A stretch of DNA of 64,000 nt from a virus (IMGVR_UViG_3300033068_001704:128001-192000); one strand, 5' to 3'. Positions 37,500 to 47,568 are shown, counted from the first letter of the stretch. Notes: generated by a model not told the origin, from the sequence alone. Translations and numbers: made by a program.

Positions 37500-40229
37500 A
37501 TGAGTGATGACGGCATCTTCGAGTTCCTCGAACAGGTAAAGGCCCACAAGGTCGAGCCGAAACGCTGGATGACGGATGGTTCTCACCATCTGAAGCGAGG
37601 CACGACCGAGACGCTCCCAGAGATCGTGGACGCGTGCATCGAGTCCGGTCTCTACTCCCTGGACCTGGAAACGACAGGCCTCGACAACCGAGTCTTCGAC
37701 GGGGAAACCGTCTGCAAGATCGTCGGGGCCTGTCTTTCCCCCGACGGGGTCACCGGGTACTACATCCCGGTCCGCCACAAGGTCGGGATCGAGCACAACA
37801 TCCCGTGGAGCGTGTTCAAGCGGGAGATGACGCGTCTCATCGCGTCCCCTGCGCGGGCGATCTTCCACAAGGGCAAGTTCGACCAAGAGTTCCTCCAGTT
37901 CTGCGGGGGTGACGCCCTCGGTGAATGGGATGAGCCTGGGAAGTGGGAGGACACTCTCATCCTCGGATACCTCCGAGACACCCGACAGAAGCGGCTCGGC
38001 CTGAAGTTCATGGCCAAGCAGGAACTCGGGATGGAGATGATCGAGCTGGAGGATCTGTTCCCCGAGGAGAAGCGCAAGGGGAACCTCGACTTCTCGGAGC
38101 TGGATCCCTCGTGGGATCCGGTGATCTGGTACGCCGCGTCGGACGCCATCTGCACCTGGAAGCTGTATCCCGTCCTCTCGAAGCCGGTGCTGGAGCCGGA
38201 CGATGGGAACGCCGGTCAGAAGACGGTCTACCAGTTGGAGAAGCTCTGCGTCGCGGCGACGCGGTGGATGGAGCGCGCACGCATCCTGACCAACCAGGAG
38301 AAGGCCAGGGGCCTGATCCGGCTCGGTCAGAAGGAGTGGATGGAGGCCATCGAGGAGGTCTACCGGTCCGCTTCGGAGATCGTGGGTCGCGACGTACGAC
38401 CTGGGTTCTACCGCCTGATGACTGGTCTGGTCGAGGGTCATGCCTCGCACAAGTTCGACATTGAGGAGGTCTCCCCGTCGTACATGGAGCGTGTGGACAA
38501 CGCGAGGCGCGAGGCGGAGAAGCTGAAGCTCGACCCGACGGCCTCGAACGGGAAGAAGATCGCGATCGAGACGATCTCGAAGCGCGTCCCCTCTCTCGTG
38601 AACAAGGGGCAGACCGAGGAGGTCTCGTTCCCGGTCGTCTACGACATCCTCAGTGCCCAGCAGCTCGGGTCCCTCTTGCGCGAATGCAAGGTTCCCGGAC
38701 TCGGGGTGACCGAGAAGTCGGGTCAGGTCGCAACGGGCAAGGATGAGCTGGACCGCGTGCTCGAAGAGCAGGGGGCCAGATTCCCGTTCGCTGCGAAGAT
38801 CAAGCGCTTCCGAGAGGTGGGCAAGGCTCTCTCCCAGTACCTCGTCCCGCTCATCGAAGACTGTGCCCCCGACCACACGCTGCGGGCGAGCTTCAACGCC
38901 CACAAGCTCGACACGGGGCGGTTCAACTGCGAGTCCTCGAAGCGCCCTGAGGTAGACGGGGGAACGCGCTTCCCGTTCCATGGCACCCCTTCGACGTACG
39001 ACCCGAACCGACCGGAGTGCCTCGCGCGGATCCGAGAGTGCCTCATCTCGCGGCCCGGGAAGAAGATGGTTGCCATCGACTTCTCGGGTGTTGAGCTTCG
39101 GATCGTCACGAACCTCTCCTACGAGCCGAAGTGGCTCCGAGAGTTCTTTCACTGCTCGGGCTGCGATCACATGTTCGAGGGCGGCAACGGGGAAGTGACC
39201 CCGGCGCCCCCTCCTCCCTTCTGCCCCCTCTGCGGATCGGACAAGATCGGAGACCTGCACACGCTCACGGGCATGGCGATCTACGGGGATGAGGCCCCCA
39301 AGCGGGAGGACTGGAAGGTCCTTCGTGGCAACGCAAAGGCCACCAACTTCGCTCTGTGCTACGGCGGCGGCGGGAACGCGGTCGATACAGCGACGGGCTG
39401 CGGAAAGAACGAAGGCTGGCGCATCAAGGACCAGTTCGACAAGGCCTACCGAGGTCTGAAGGCATGGTGGGGGCATCAGCACGCCTTCGCGAAGAAGTAC
39501 AAGTACGTCCTGACGGCATTCGGACGGCGCTACCCACTCCCGGACATCGACAGCGAGCTGGGTGGGTTCCGCTCCAAGGCGGAGCGGAACGCGACGAACG
39601 GGCCCATCCAGGGGACTTCCGCGGACATCACCAAGCTCGCGATGGGCCTGATCTACAAGGAATGCAAGAAGCGCGGGTGGTTGGAGAAGGTGCACCTTCT
39701 CATCACGATGCACGATGAGCTGGTGTTCGAGATCGACGACGACATCCTCGCGGAGGCCATCGAGATCTTTGCGGTTCTCATGAACCGGAACGCCGCGATC
39801 CTGAAGCTGAAGTGGCCGGTGCCCCTCACGTCCGACGTCGAGATTGGGCACGACTGGACGGTGCCGTGGAACCTCAACAAGATCCGCCACTACAAGAAGT
39901 GGCCGGAGGAGTTGCGGACCCTCTTCGTGGAAGCGGCAAACGGGGCTCCCGCAGGGACTTCGGAGAACCCCGAGGCGAAGTCTGAGCCGGTCGCCCCGAA
40001 GCGAGAGAAGGTCGTCTTCGTGTACCGGATCAAGTCCTTCGGGCTCAACGAGGTCCACGAAATCGCCAAGATCCTCGTGTCGGCCAAGGGAGGAGTGAAG
40101 AACCCCGCCACGTTGAAGATCGTGGGTCCGTCTGGGGAGGACCTCACTTCTTCGATGATGATGGTGTGGGGTGGCCCGCTTCCGGAAGTCGAAGCTCCGG
40201 TGGTTTCGGAAGCTGAGGTGGCAGCGTGA
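37500..40229 (+). CDS. polA: Family A DNA polymerase with 3'-5' exonuclease
   Basis: LDLETTGL (Exo I), IDFSGVELR (motif A), RGNAKATNFALCYG (motif B, Phe at the 762-equivalent site), MHDELVFE (motif C). Confidence 0.95.
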   Translation: MSDDGIFEFLEQVKAHKVEPKRWMTDGSHHLKRGTTETLPEIVDACIESGLYSLDLETTGLDNRVFDGETVCKIVGACLSPDGVTGYYIPVRHKVGIEHNIPWSVFKREMTRLIASPARAIFHKGKFDQEFLQFCGGDALGEWDEPGKWEDTLILGYLRDTRQKRLGLKFMAKQELGMEMIELEDLFPEEKRKGNLDFSELDPSWDPVIWYAASDAICTWKLYPVLSKPVLEPDDGNAGQKTVYQLEKLCVAATRWMERARILTNQEKARGLIRLGQKEWMEAIEEVYRSASEIVGRDVRPGFYRLMTGLVEGHASHKFDIEEVSPSYMERVDNARREAEKLKLDPTASNGKKIAIETISKRVPSLVNKGQTEEVSFPVVYDILSAQQLGSLLRECKVPGLGVTEKSGQVATGKDELDRVLEEQGARFPFAAKIKRFREVGKALSQYLVPLIEDCAPDHTLRASFNAHKLDTGRFNCESSKRPEVDGGTRFPFHGTPSTYDPNRPECLARIRECLISRPGKKMVAIDFSGVELRIVTNLSYEPKWLREFFHCSGCDHMFEGGNGEVTPAPPPPFCPLCGSDKIGDLHTLTGMAIYGDEAPKREDWKVLRGNAKATNFALCYGGGGNAVDTATGCGKNEGWRIKDQFDKAYRGLKAWWGHQHAFAKKYKYVLTAFGRRYPLPDIDSELGGFRSKAERNATNGPIQGTSADITKLAMGLIYKECKKRGWLEKVHLLITMHDELVFEIDDDILAEAIEIFAVLMNRNAAILKLKWPVPLTSDVEIGHDWTVPWNLNKIRHYKKWPEELRTLFVEAANGAPAGTSENPEAKSEPVAPKREKVVFVYRIKSFGLNEVHEIAKILVSAKGGVKNPATLKIVGPSGEDLTSSMMMVWGGPLPEVEAPVVSEAEVAA

Positions 40230-40567
40230 GTGACCAGGAAGAGAAACCGACGGATCTGAGCCCCATGGATCGGCTGATGGTTCTGGAGCGAGACCTCAAG
40301 ACCATCGCTGGGGTGGTTTCTGCTACGGCAGACGACACTCTGCGGGTATGTCTCGTCCTCCAAGAGATGGCAGAGGCGGGGTTCCTGCCTGAGCTGCCGT
40401 GGGGGCTGGCCTCAACAATCGTGGACCTCCGATACGCTCAGATGGCCGCGGTGGGTGAGGCGGACCTGGATGGGTCGCTCGCAGCTCGCATCACGGAGCT
40501 GGGGGCTCGGATCGAAGAGCTACGCGAGGAATTCCGGAAGAGGGCGTATGAGCAGCAAGCCGGTTAG
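40226..40567 (+). CDS. Hypothetical protein
   Basis: 113 aa helical ORF coupled to polA. Confidence 0.55.
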   Translation: MSDQEEKPTDLSPMDRLMVLERDLKTIAGVVSATADDTLRVCLVLQEMAEAGFLPELPWGLASTIVDLRYAQMAAVGEADLDGSLAARITELGARIEELREEFRKRAYEQQAG

Positions 40568-41285
40568 GAGTCTCAACCTTCTCCGAGACTGTAACGACCA
40601 GGGAATCCCCCCCGCGGATTTCATGGGCACGTTCTGTCAGCGGTGTCGCAACCCGGAGTGCGTCAACGCAGGGTGGGCGGGCTCAACCTGGTCCGGTCGT
40701 ATGGCCACGCAGGTCGATCGACTGCTAACCTTCCCTTCCTTCGCGAACCCGGATGATCCGAGGTTCGAAAGGCTGCGGGATCTGGAGTTCCGTCAGGTCG
40801 AAGCTCCGATCGTCTGGAACCCGAGTGACCCTTGGGCGGGACCGTCGGTCCATCTCGTGGACCCGGAGCGTAAGACAAGCCACTCCCAGGATGTGGAGGA
40901 GGCCATCAAGTCGCTCGCTGAGACGCGCGTCAAGAAGGCCCCTGAATCTCCGGGGAACCCTGAACCTGAAGCTGCGGCTGAAGCCGCTCCCGAACCCTCA
41001 CCTCAACCCACCCCCGTCCAAGCGCCCGTCGCTGAACGCACCTCCGCCCCCAAGCACTACGTACTCGATACGCTGCCGGCTGTACCGCAAATTCAGGCCC
41101 CCGCCCCGACGCAGAGGGTGGTCAACACCCCGTTCCCTGAGGAAGGGGTGATGCTCGACGGAAGTCCTCTTCCTTCACCTCAGGTGAAGGAAGAGATCGA
41201 TCCGTGGGCCGTCAAGCCTGGTGGAGATGCGGTGAAAGTCCCTGTCGGCGCTAGGGTGCGGATGGGGGGAAACCCGAAGAAATGA
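40548..41285 (+). CDS. Hypothetical protein (N-terminal Cys cluster, Pro-rich tail)
   Basis: FCQRCRNPEC; start reassigned to MSSKPV. Confidence 0.6.
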   Translation: MSSKPVRSLNLLRDCNDQGIPPADFMGTFCQRCRNPECVNAGWAGSTWSGRMATQVDRLLTFPSFANPDDPRFERLRDLEFRQVEAPIVWNPSDPWAGPSVHLVDPERKTSHSQDVEEAIKSLAETRVKKAPESPGNPEPEAAAEAAPEPSPQPTPVQAPVAERTSAPKHYVLDTLPAVPQIQAPAPTQRVVNTPFPEEGVMLDGSPLPSPQVKEEIDPWAVKPGGDAVKVPVGARVRMGGNPKK

Positions 41286-41623
41286 CCCCCAGTTACAGTC
41301 TTGAGCTTCTTTCCGTTCTCAACACCGCCCGCTTCCAGGATGGATGGTCCGTGCTTCTGGTTCCGAGCAGTCGGTACAAGGAGACGCTTCTGACCATCTC
41401 CGCGCTGTGTGACCTTCCGGTCAGTGGTCGGACGATCGTCTGGCCGGACATGGGGAACAAGCTCTCCGTGGTCCACACGGGCCAGGAGAAGATCCTTCCC
41501 GAGGGGCACCCCTACACCCTGTTCGTCGCTGGGTGGTCCCAGTCCAGCCCTGCTGAGTCCGGTACTCTGAAGGAATGGCGGACGGGGGCGAAGGAATTCG
41601 TCTCGATCGAGGCGCGCGCGTAG
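41282..41623 (+). CDS. Hypothetical protein
   Basis: 113 aa ORF with an ATGA overlap. Confidence 0.55.
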   Translation: MTPSYSLELLSVLNTARFQDGWSVLLVPSSRYKETLLTISALCDLPVSGRTIVWPDMGNKLSVVHTGQEKILPEGHPYTLFVAGWSQSSPAESGTLKEWRTGAKEFVSIEARA

Positions 41624-41649
41624 CGAGCCTATAACGCCATGGGGAAACC

Positions 41650-41973
41650 ATGGCGAATTGGTGGTTCGACGCCCAGGGACGCAACACGCTCAAGGGTGTT
41701 GACGACGACCCGACCAACCGACCGGTTCTTCCGGTGGACTCGATCATCGAGTTCCTCCTTGGAAACCCGTTCGCGAGACGGGATTTCCAGCTCATTCTCC
41801 CAGCGATGCTCCCGGCTGAACAGGAGCGCCTGAACGCGATCGTGGAACAGAACCCGAGGTGTCTGAGGGACGATCCAGACCCTGACCCTCAGGTTCTATC
41901 CGATCAGTTCATGGGGGCGCTCAACAAGCCCATCACGTTCTTCGACGCGAACCGACGTACACGACGTCGGTGA
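41650..41973 (+). CDS. Hypothetical protein
   Basis: 107 aa ORF with a CTAT motif 21 nt upstream. Confidence 0.6.
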   Translation: MANWWFDAQGRNTLKGVDDDPTNRPVLPVDSIIEFLLGNPFARRDFQLILPAMLPAEQERLNAIVEQNPRCLRDDPDPDPQVLSDQFMGALNKPITFFDANRRTRRR

Positions 41974-42006
41974 GGTCTGAGCATGTCTGCAACCTGAACG
42001 GAGAAG

Positions 42007-42435
42007 ATGCTGATGAGATCCTTCTTTCTGATCGCCCTTTCGGTCGTCACCCTCTCGGGTTGCGCCACCATCCGAGACAAGAACGTCTATGCGACGGAGA
42101 TCCAGTTCTCGGATCTCACGGTTCAGCGTCAGGCGCCGTTCGTTCGGGACTTCATCTCGGCATCCTGCACGTGTTCGGAGTCCGCATGGACGGCTTCCGC
42201 CGCGGGCGTCACGGATGCGTCGTGCGCCTCGGCCGCGGACTGGTACGCGGTGTACGCCGCTCGCTGGGCCTGGCACATGGAGATGATGCGGTACAACGGG
42301 GGGCTGATCGAAGGCGACCCCGGTGCGGCCCCTGAGATCCCGCAGGGATGCGAGCTTCCGGACATGGATGATCGCGCCCCGGCACCGGAGGCACCGAGCG
42401 TCCCTACGGATCCGACGGCAGGGGGTGAGGCGTGA
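42007..42435 (+). CDS. Lipoprotein
   Basis: Signal peptide with lipobox LSG-C; four further Cys; Pro-rich tail. Confidence 0.7.
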   Translation: MLMRSFFLIALSVVTLSGCATIRDKNVYATEIQFSDLTVQRQAPFVRDFISASCTCSESAWTASAAGVTDASCASAADWYAVYAARWAWHMEMMRYNGGLIEGDPGAAPEIPQGCELPDMDDRAPAPEAPSVPTDPTAGGEA

Positions 42436-42827
42436 CCGACATCCTGAAGGATGGGAGCACGGTGCTCTTCGACCTCCTGAAGAAGGAGGGGATCCCGGCG
42501 GTCACCGACTCACTGGACAAGCTCGCTGGGGAGGCCACCGAGGGGTGGCAGAAGATGCTCCTCAAGCTCGGGACCCAGCTCGTCTCGAAGCACGGCCCCG
42601 ATGGCCTCCATCTCTTGGAGGACTACGTCAGCCGGATGATGGCGGGAAAGCCGGTGGATCTCACCGGGCTCACGATGCGTGAGGCCAGCGACCTCCTCGC
42701 AGTGATGCAGAGGAAGGAAGCGGACACGAAGAACCAGGTCCTCCTCTGGACGAATCTCATCATTGAGGAGATCGGCAAGGGTCTCGCCCTGCTTGTGTCG
42801 GTACTCTTCAAGGAACTTTCTCTGTGA
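42432..42827 (+). CDS. Hypothetical protein with hydrophobic C-terminal helix
   Basis: 131 aa, coupled to the lipoprotein gene. Confidence 0.6.
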   Translation: MTDILKDGSTVLFDLLKKEGIPAVTDSLDKLAGEATEGWQKMLLKLGTQLVSKHGPDGLHLLEDYVSRMMAGKPVDLTGLTMREASDLLAVMQRKEADTKNQVLLWTNLIIEEIGKGLALLVSVLFKELSL

Positions 42828-42848
42828 GAGAGTGAAGGAGATTCACCT

Positions 42849-43250
42849 GTGACCCGTCGCTCCCCCAACCGCGCTTCTCATGGTCCCGCTCACATCTTCC
42901 CCGGGGCAGGCAAGCCTGCCGAGGTCGAGAAGCCCGCGAAGCCCGTGAAGAAGTCCGCCCCCCGATCAGCTCTGAAGGAGCTGAAGGTCGAGAAGACCGA
43001 GGGGAAGTCCAAGGGACAGAAGGCCGAGAAGGCCCCCAAGGAACCCAAGGCCGAGAAGGCCCCCAAGGCCGAGAAGACCGTCGTGACCGAGACGGTCACC
43101 GAAGTCGTCACCGTATCGGAGATCGACATCGAGGTGGATCTCGGTGACGTCGATTCTGACCTGCCGAAGGCCGCGAAGAAGTCGGCGAAGAAGTCGGCGA
43201 AGAAGTCGGCGAAGAAGTCGGCGAAGAAGGCTTCTACGAAGGCTTCGTGA
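42849..43250 (+). CDS. Lys/Ala-rich histone H1-like protein
   Basis: KAEKAPK and AKKS repeats. Confidence 0.55.
   Translation: MTRRSPNRASHGPAHIFPGAGKPAEVEKPAKPVKKSAPRSALKELKVEKTEGKSKGQKAEKAPKEPKAEKAPKAEKTVVTETVTEVVTVSEIDIEVDLGDVDSDLPKAAKKSAKKSAKKSAKKSAKKASTKAS
43173..43229 (+). repeat. 12-bp tandem repeat GCGAAGAAGTCG, four full copies plus one partial (encodes AKKS)
   Basis: Seen directly. Confidence 0.9.
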
Positions 43251-43681
43251 TCCCTGTGATTCTCACTGTCTCCAAGTACGTTCCGGAAGGAATGTACGGG
43301 TTTTTGGAAGGGCAGGGGGAGCGGGCTTTCTTCCACCTCTCGGAGTTCGATCCGAGAGGTGGGCCGCCCCCTATCATCGGTGAGGAAGTCGAAGCCGAAA
43401 GACTGGATCCGAACGGGGACAAGAGCCCTCGTGCGAGATCTGTCGTGCGTCTGCATCCACCGATCCGTCTTGTCGGGGAAGTGACCCGCTTCGACTACAA
43501 CGTCGGATACGGGTTCGTGACTTCTGAGGAACGTCAGTTCTTCTTGCACCGAAGTGACTTGGCGAACGGCGCACTGCCTGCCCTAGGCATGATGGTAGAG
43601 TTCTACGCCAGCCAGGAAACCTCGGACGCCAAAAGGCCGAGGGCTTGCCACGTTCGAATCATGGATCGAGGGGCTCGATGA
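43247..43681 (+). CDS. Tandem cold-shock-domain (2x CSD) nucleic-acid-binding protein
   Basis: RNP1/RNP2-like pairs YGFL...AFFHLS and YGFV...FFLHRS, each followed by a PRA..V strand. Confidence 0.8.
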   Translation: MIPVILTVSKYVPEGMYGFLEGQGERAFFHLSEFDPRGGPPPIIGEEVEAERLDPNGDKSPRARSVVRLHPPIRLVGEVTRFDYNVGYGFVTSEERQFFLHRSDLANGALPALGMMVEFYASQETSDAKRPRACHVRIMDRGAR

Positions 43682-44253
43682 GCAGCAACCGCAACGTCTT
43701 CGGGGGGATGAACCCGTTTGGCGTGTACGTGCCGATGTCGGAGACGGAGCAGGAGCTGCTTCATCGATTGGTCGAGGCGAACGAGCTGGTAGTGATCCTC
43801 CATGGGTGGGGCCACTTCGAGGCTCCGAAGATTGCGATTGGGGACGCGGCCCTCCACATCCCCCTCACGCTTCAGTTCGACCGCCCCGAGAACCCGATCC
43901 CTGTCTATTTCTTCGACCTCGAACTCCAGACCCGCTCTGGGCTGACTCTCTATCGTGAGAAGCAGCCGACCGTGTACGGAGGTCAACCCATCGGGGTTGG
44001 TGCCGGGACGGAGATCCACATGGTGTGGGACATCGGCATCAAGTGCATCGACCCCCAGCTCGTCAAGAGGCTCATGCCTGGGACGAGCGGGTTGACGAGC
44101 CGGCTGCTCGACAAGGATACGGGGGCCCTCACTCTCACCGGCAACATGAAGCTCGACTCCGCGAAGGCGAAGCTCCTGAAGCGGGTTCGTGAAGGTGAGG
44201 CGCGGGTTCGAGCGGACAAGGAAGCCCAGCTTCGCAAGTACGGGAAGCGGTAG
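43678..44253 (+). CDS. Hypothetical protein
   Basis: 191 aa from MSSNRNVF, ATGA overlap. Confidence 0.6.
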   Translation: MSSNRNVFGGMNPFGVYVPMSETEQELLHRLVEANELVVILHGWGHFEAPKIAIGDAALHIPLTLQFDRPENPIPVYFFDLELQTRSGLTLYREKQPTVYGGQPIGVGAGTEIHMVWDIGIKCIDPQLVKRLMPGTSGLTSRLLDKDTGALTLTGNMKLDSAKAKLLKRVREGEARVRADKEAQLRKYGKR

Positions 44254-44288
44254 GGAAGCTATCTCCCGCCTCGGTCGAGGCGTGAGCG

Positions 44289-44900
44289 ATGAGTGAAATC
44301 GGGAGCGGCGAGAGAGTCGTCATTCTCAGCGACCGGATGAGCACCAGCTCTCCGGTCGGGGCGGATCAGAACACCCCTGAAACGGGTCGGGTTCTGATCT
44401 TCCTGGATTCCGCCAGAGATCTGTGGTCGAAGGACTCGGCAGGAGTCGTCAAGCCCCTCAACGGGGGGACGCTGTCGGACGCCTCCTGGGAAGCCGTTCT
44501 TCCTGCCACGGACCCCACGCCCATCGGGGACATCACCCACCGTGGGAATGCCGCAGTGGGTCTCCCCCTTGCGGGTCCGATCCTCGCTGGGATCCGATTC
44601 CAGGTTGTCGGAGACACGGCGGCTCAAGGCTCCCTCTACGTGGGGGAGATGGATGAGTCGGCCGATGTGGCGGACCACAACCAGGTCTTCTCGGACTCGG
44701 TGGACCATGGCCTCTTCGCGAAGCCGGACAGTCTTCCGGCGCGTCGGATCGATGCCCCTGGACTCATCCGCAAGACGCTCCCCGCGTCGGAAACCGTTCG
44801 AGTCCCCAACGGCTCCCAGTACCTCACGTATGGGAGCTTCAGTCTTGGGGCAGGCGCTTCGATCGTCCTCGAAGGCGACGCTGACCTTGTGATTCTGTGA
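44289..44900 (+). CDS. Virion fibre/decoration-type protein
   Basis: N-terminal module shared with the next genes; CTAT 30 nt upstream. Confidence 0.55.
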   Translation: MSEIGSGERVVILSDRMSTSSPVGADQNTPETGRVLIFLDSARDLWSKDSAGVVKPLNGGTLSDASWEAVLPATDPTPIGDITHRGNAAVGLPLAGPILAGIRFQVVGDTAAQGSLYVGEMDESADVADHNQVFSDSVDHGLFAKPDSLPARRIDAPGLIRKTLPASETVRVPNGSQYLTYGSFSLGAGASIVLEGDADLVIL

Positions 44901-44907
44901 GGACTGT

Positions 44908-45882
44908 ATGAGCAAGATCGTACTGACCGATTCCGCTACGAATCCTGACTCTCCCGTCTCTGGACAGTCGGCGGTCTTCACGAAGAGTGATGGCCTCTAC
45001 CTGAAGAACAGCGCGGGGGCGGTCACAGGCCCTCTTGGTGCTGGTGGTGGTGGGAGCCCGTCGGGTTCGGCGGGTGGGTCCCTTTCTGGGACCTACCCGA
45101 ACCCTGGGCTGGCCGATGGTGCCGTCGTCGAGGCGAAGCTCGCGGACGGATCCGTCACGGTCAACAAGATCGGGGCTGGGGCGGTCAACAACGCCAAGCT
45201 CGCAACGGACGCAGTCGCGACCGGCAACATCCAGAACTCCGCTGTGACCACGGCGAAGATCGCGAACGGGAACGTGACAGAGGGGAAGCTCGCCGATGGG
45301 AGCGTGAGCCTCACGAAGCTCGTGGGACCTGGGGGCGGGGCGTTCTCCTATGCTTCCATCCAGGCGGATGGGACCGGGGCCCTGTGGACCATCGGGTACC
45401 CGTCCGAGATCCGTTTCGCCTCACCGGACAGGCTTTCTCTCTCGGGGGATGGGGGGACTGGGACGCCCCTTTTCCTTCAGGCGACGGACTTTTCGATGTC
45501 TCAGCCGGCAGGGTACATCCCTCGCACGCAGACCGTCTACCTGACTCCGGTGTCGTTCCCGACGGTCGTTTCCCTCGATGCGGGACCGTCCACGTTTCAT
45601 GTGAACGGGGCGGCCGAATCTTGGATCTACCTTCCTGACTCCGCCCTCTATCCGCCTGGATTCGAGATCGTGGTGTGGAACGCAGAGGGTTCGGATCTCT
45701 TCATCGGGGCGAACGGGTCGGGGGTACCGGTCATGCCGACGCCCCCCCTCAACCGTCGAATCAACAACGTCACAGGGGACCGTGATCTCGCGGAGAACAC
45801 GGGCCGTCGATTCATGACGCTTGGGACGAGCGTCAACCCTCCCCTGCCTGGCGGCGGATGGATCGAGATCGGAACCTTCTGA
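44908..45882 (+). CDS. Fibre protein
   Basis: AGGSLSGTYPNP motif and VT..KL/IA..AV repeats. Confidence 0.7.
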   Translation: MSKIVLTDSATNPDSPVSGQSAVFTKSDGLYLKNSAGAVTGPLGAGGGGSPSGSAGGSLSGTYPNPGLADGAVVEAKLADGSVTVNKIGAGAVNNAKLATDAVATGNIQNSAVTTAKIANGNVTEGKLADGSVSLTKLVGPGGGAFSYASIQADGTGALWTIGYPSEIRFASPDRLSLSGDGGTGTPLFLQATDFSMSQPAGYIPRTQTVYLTPVSFPTVVSLDAGPSTFHVNGAAESWIYLPDSALYPPGFEIVVWNAEGSDLFIGANGSGVPVMPTPPLNRRINNVTGDRDLAENTGRRFMTLGTSVNPPLPGGGWIEIGTF

Positions 45883-45885
45883 GCC

Positions 45886-46704
45886 ATGGCTGGGAAGTAC
45901 AACTTCAAGGACGTCGGGTCCGTCAGTCTGGCGCAGACGGACGAGCTTCCTGATGTGGATGTGGAAGCTGGGCAGCTTTCCTTCGACGGGGACACCCTCG
46001 TCTTGAGGAAGGTGGATGGTCAGACCACCTCTACGATGAGGTTCGTACGGGATGAGTACGTGGACTACGTGGTGGGTATCGACAACTTCACCGAGCACCT
46101 GTTTGCTGCTTGGTTCGAAGAGGCGAATGGGGGGACGGTCGAGATCGGGCCGGACCCGAACGCCATCTCGATGAGCCCGCAGCTCTGCGCCACGCTCCCC
46201 TTCATGGCAAATGCGGAGTTGCCTTTCTACGCCAGAACGTGGAGAGAGAACACGTGGTTCTATCCCGCACAGAATCCGGACATCGAGTTTCGGTTCTACC
46301 CCTCCCCCAGCAACAACTTCCCCTGGGGGATTGGGCTGTCAAATCCGGACGGGACGGCGGTGATGTTGAAGTCTGTGGACATGAATGGCACTCAGGTATG
46401 CCAGCTCGTGTTTCAACAGAGCGGGGACATCACCTCCGCGGAGAATGTGACGCTTCCGGCGCTGGGAAACGCCACCGCCTATCGGATGCGCCTGATCGTG
46501 ACCGAAGAGGGGGCCACCCTCTTCATGTGTCCGGATGGGGGGACTCTGACAGAGGTGGCAGAGCTGGTGGAGGAGATCGAATCCACCAATTACATGCCCT
46601 ACGTCGAAGCGACGACTGACGAAGGCGTCTCAGATACCTCTTCCCTGGTGGTGGATTACTGTCGGTGGAGAGCCCTTCGAGTGTTCGCGAACGCCCCCAA
46701 GTGA
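45886..46704 (+). CDS. Fibre-associated protein with lectin-like beta-sandwich
   Basis: Beta-rich, ending LVVDYCRW; in the fibre cluster. Confidence 0.5.
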   Translation: MAGKYNFKDVGSVSLAQTDELPDVDVEAGQLSFDGDTLVLRKVDGQTTSTMRFVRDEYVDYVVGIDNFTEHLFAAWFEEANGGTVEIGPDPNAISMSPQLCATLPFMANAELPFYARTWRENTWFYPAQNPDIEFRFYPSPSNNFPWGIGLSNPDGTAVMLKSVDMNGTQVCQLVFQQSGDITSAENVTLPALGNATAYRMRLIVTEEGATLFMCPDGGTLTEVAELVEEIESTNYMPYVEATTDEGVSDTSSLVVDYCRWRALRVFANAPK

Positions 46705-46707
46705 ACA

Positions 46708-47526
46708 GTGCCGAAGATTGTCTTTCAGAACGATGTGGTCTCTCCGCTGTCGAACACGGGGAAGACCATCATCTTCACCAAGGCGGATGGCGTCTACGTC
46801 ATCACGGAGGACGGGGTAGAAGTCGGTCCTCTTGGTGCTGGCATGGGGTCGATTGCGGGGGGTGATCTCTCTGGCACGTACCCGAACCCTCAGGTCTACG
46901 GTCTTGGGGGAATCCCGATCGACCTCTCCGCCCTCGCTGCGTTCGACGTCCTGACCTACGACGGGGCGGAGTGGATCACGATGCCTGGGGGGTCCGGTCC
47001 TCCGACAGGTGCTGCTGGCGGAGACCTGGGAGGTCTGTACCCGAACCCGACGGTCATTCAGATCGGTGGGAACCCGATCTCGAATGATGTCCCCGATGCG
47101 GGGGACGTTCTTCAATGGGACGGGTCGGAGTGGGTCCCCAGCGCGAGTCTCAGCTCGAACGCGGTCACCTCTGGTGCAGGGGCTTGGCTGGCAGGGGAGA
47201 CCCTTGCGGTTGGGGACGTCGTTCGAGCTTCCTCTACACCCAACACGGTCGTCCGAGCCGCTCACACCAGCTTCGCGAATGCGACCCCGGTGGTTGGGGT
47301 GGTCATCGACCTCCCGTCGGTATCGACGGCCACTGTGGCATACCTTGGGGAGATCCTCTGGACTGGTGCGGCCCTGACGCCAGGGGCGACCTACTATCTC
47401 AGCTCGACACCTGGGGGGATGACGCTGACCGCGACGACCACCCCCGGGAACGTCTCCCTTCGGGTCGGATTCGCGAAGAATTCCAACACGTTCGTGATCG
47501 CTCCTGGGGAGCCGATCCGGCTGTAG
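46708..47526 (+). CDS. Fibre/capsid-decoration protein
   Basis: Two AGGDL.G.YPNP...GDVL.[YW]DG.EW units and a C-terminal AGE.LA.G...YYLS domain. Confidence 0.65.
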   Translation: MPKIVFQNDVVSPLSNTGKTIIFTKADGVYVITEDGVEVGPLGAGMGSIAGGDLSGTYPNPQVYGLGGIPIDLSALAAFDVLTYDGAEWITMPGGSGPPTGAAGGDLGGLYPNPTVIQIGGNPISNDVPDAGDVLQWDGSEWVPSASLSSNAVTSGAGAWLAGETLAVGDVVRASSTPNTVVRAAHTSFANATPVVGVVIDLPSVSTATVAYLGEILWTGAALTPGATYYLSSTPGGMTLTATTTPGNVSLRVGFAKNSNTFVIAPGEPIRL

Positions 47527-47568
47527 TCCAGATTCGTCTATACCCCCGACTTCATCGGGATCCCCCCG

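Noticed and set aside
37407-40058. Long antisense ORFs (e.g. 883 aa here, 720 aa at 22192, 747 aa at 46630, 614 aa at 55536)
   Set aside because: Shadow frames of high-GC genes, with Arg/Val/Leu-rich translations and no motifs
43173-43229. CRISPR-like array
   Set aside because: Spacer-less 12-bp tandem repeat inside a coding frame
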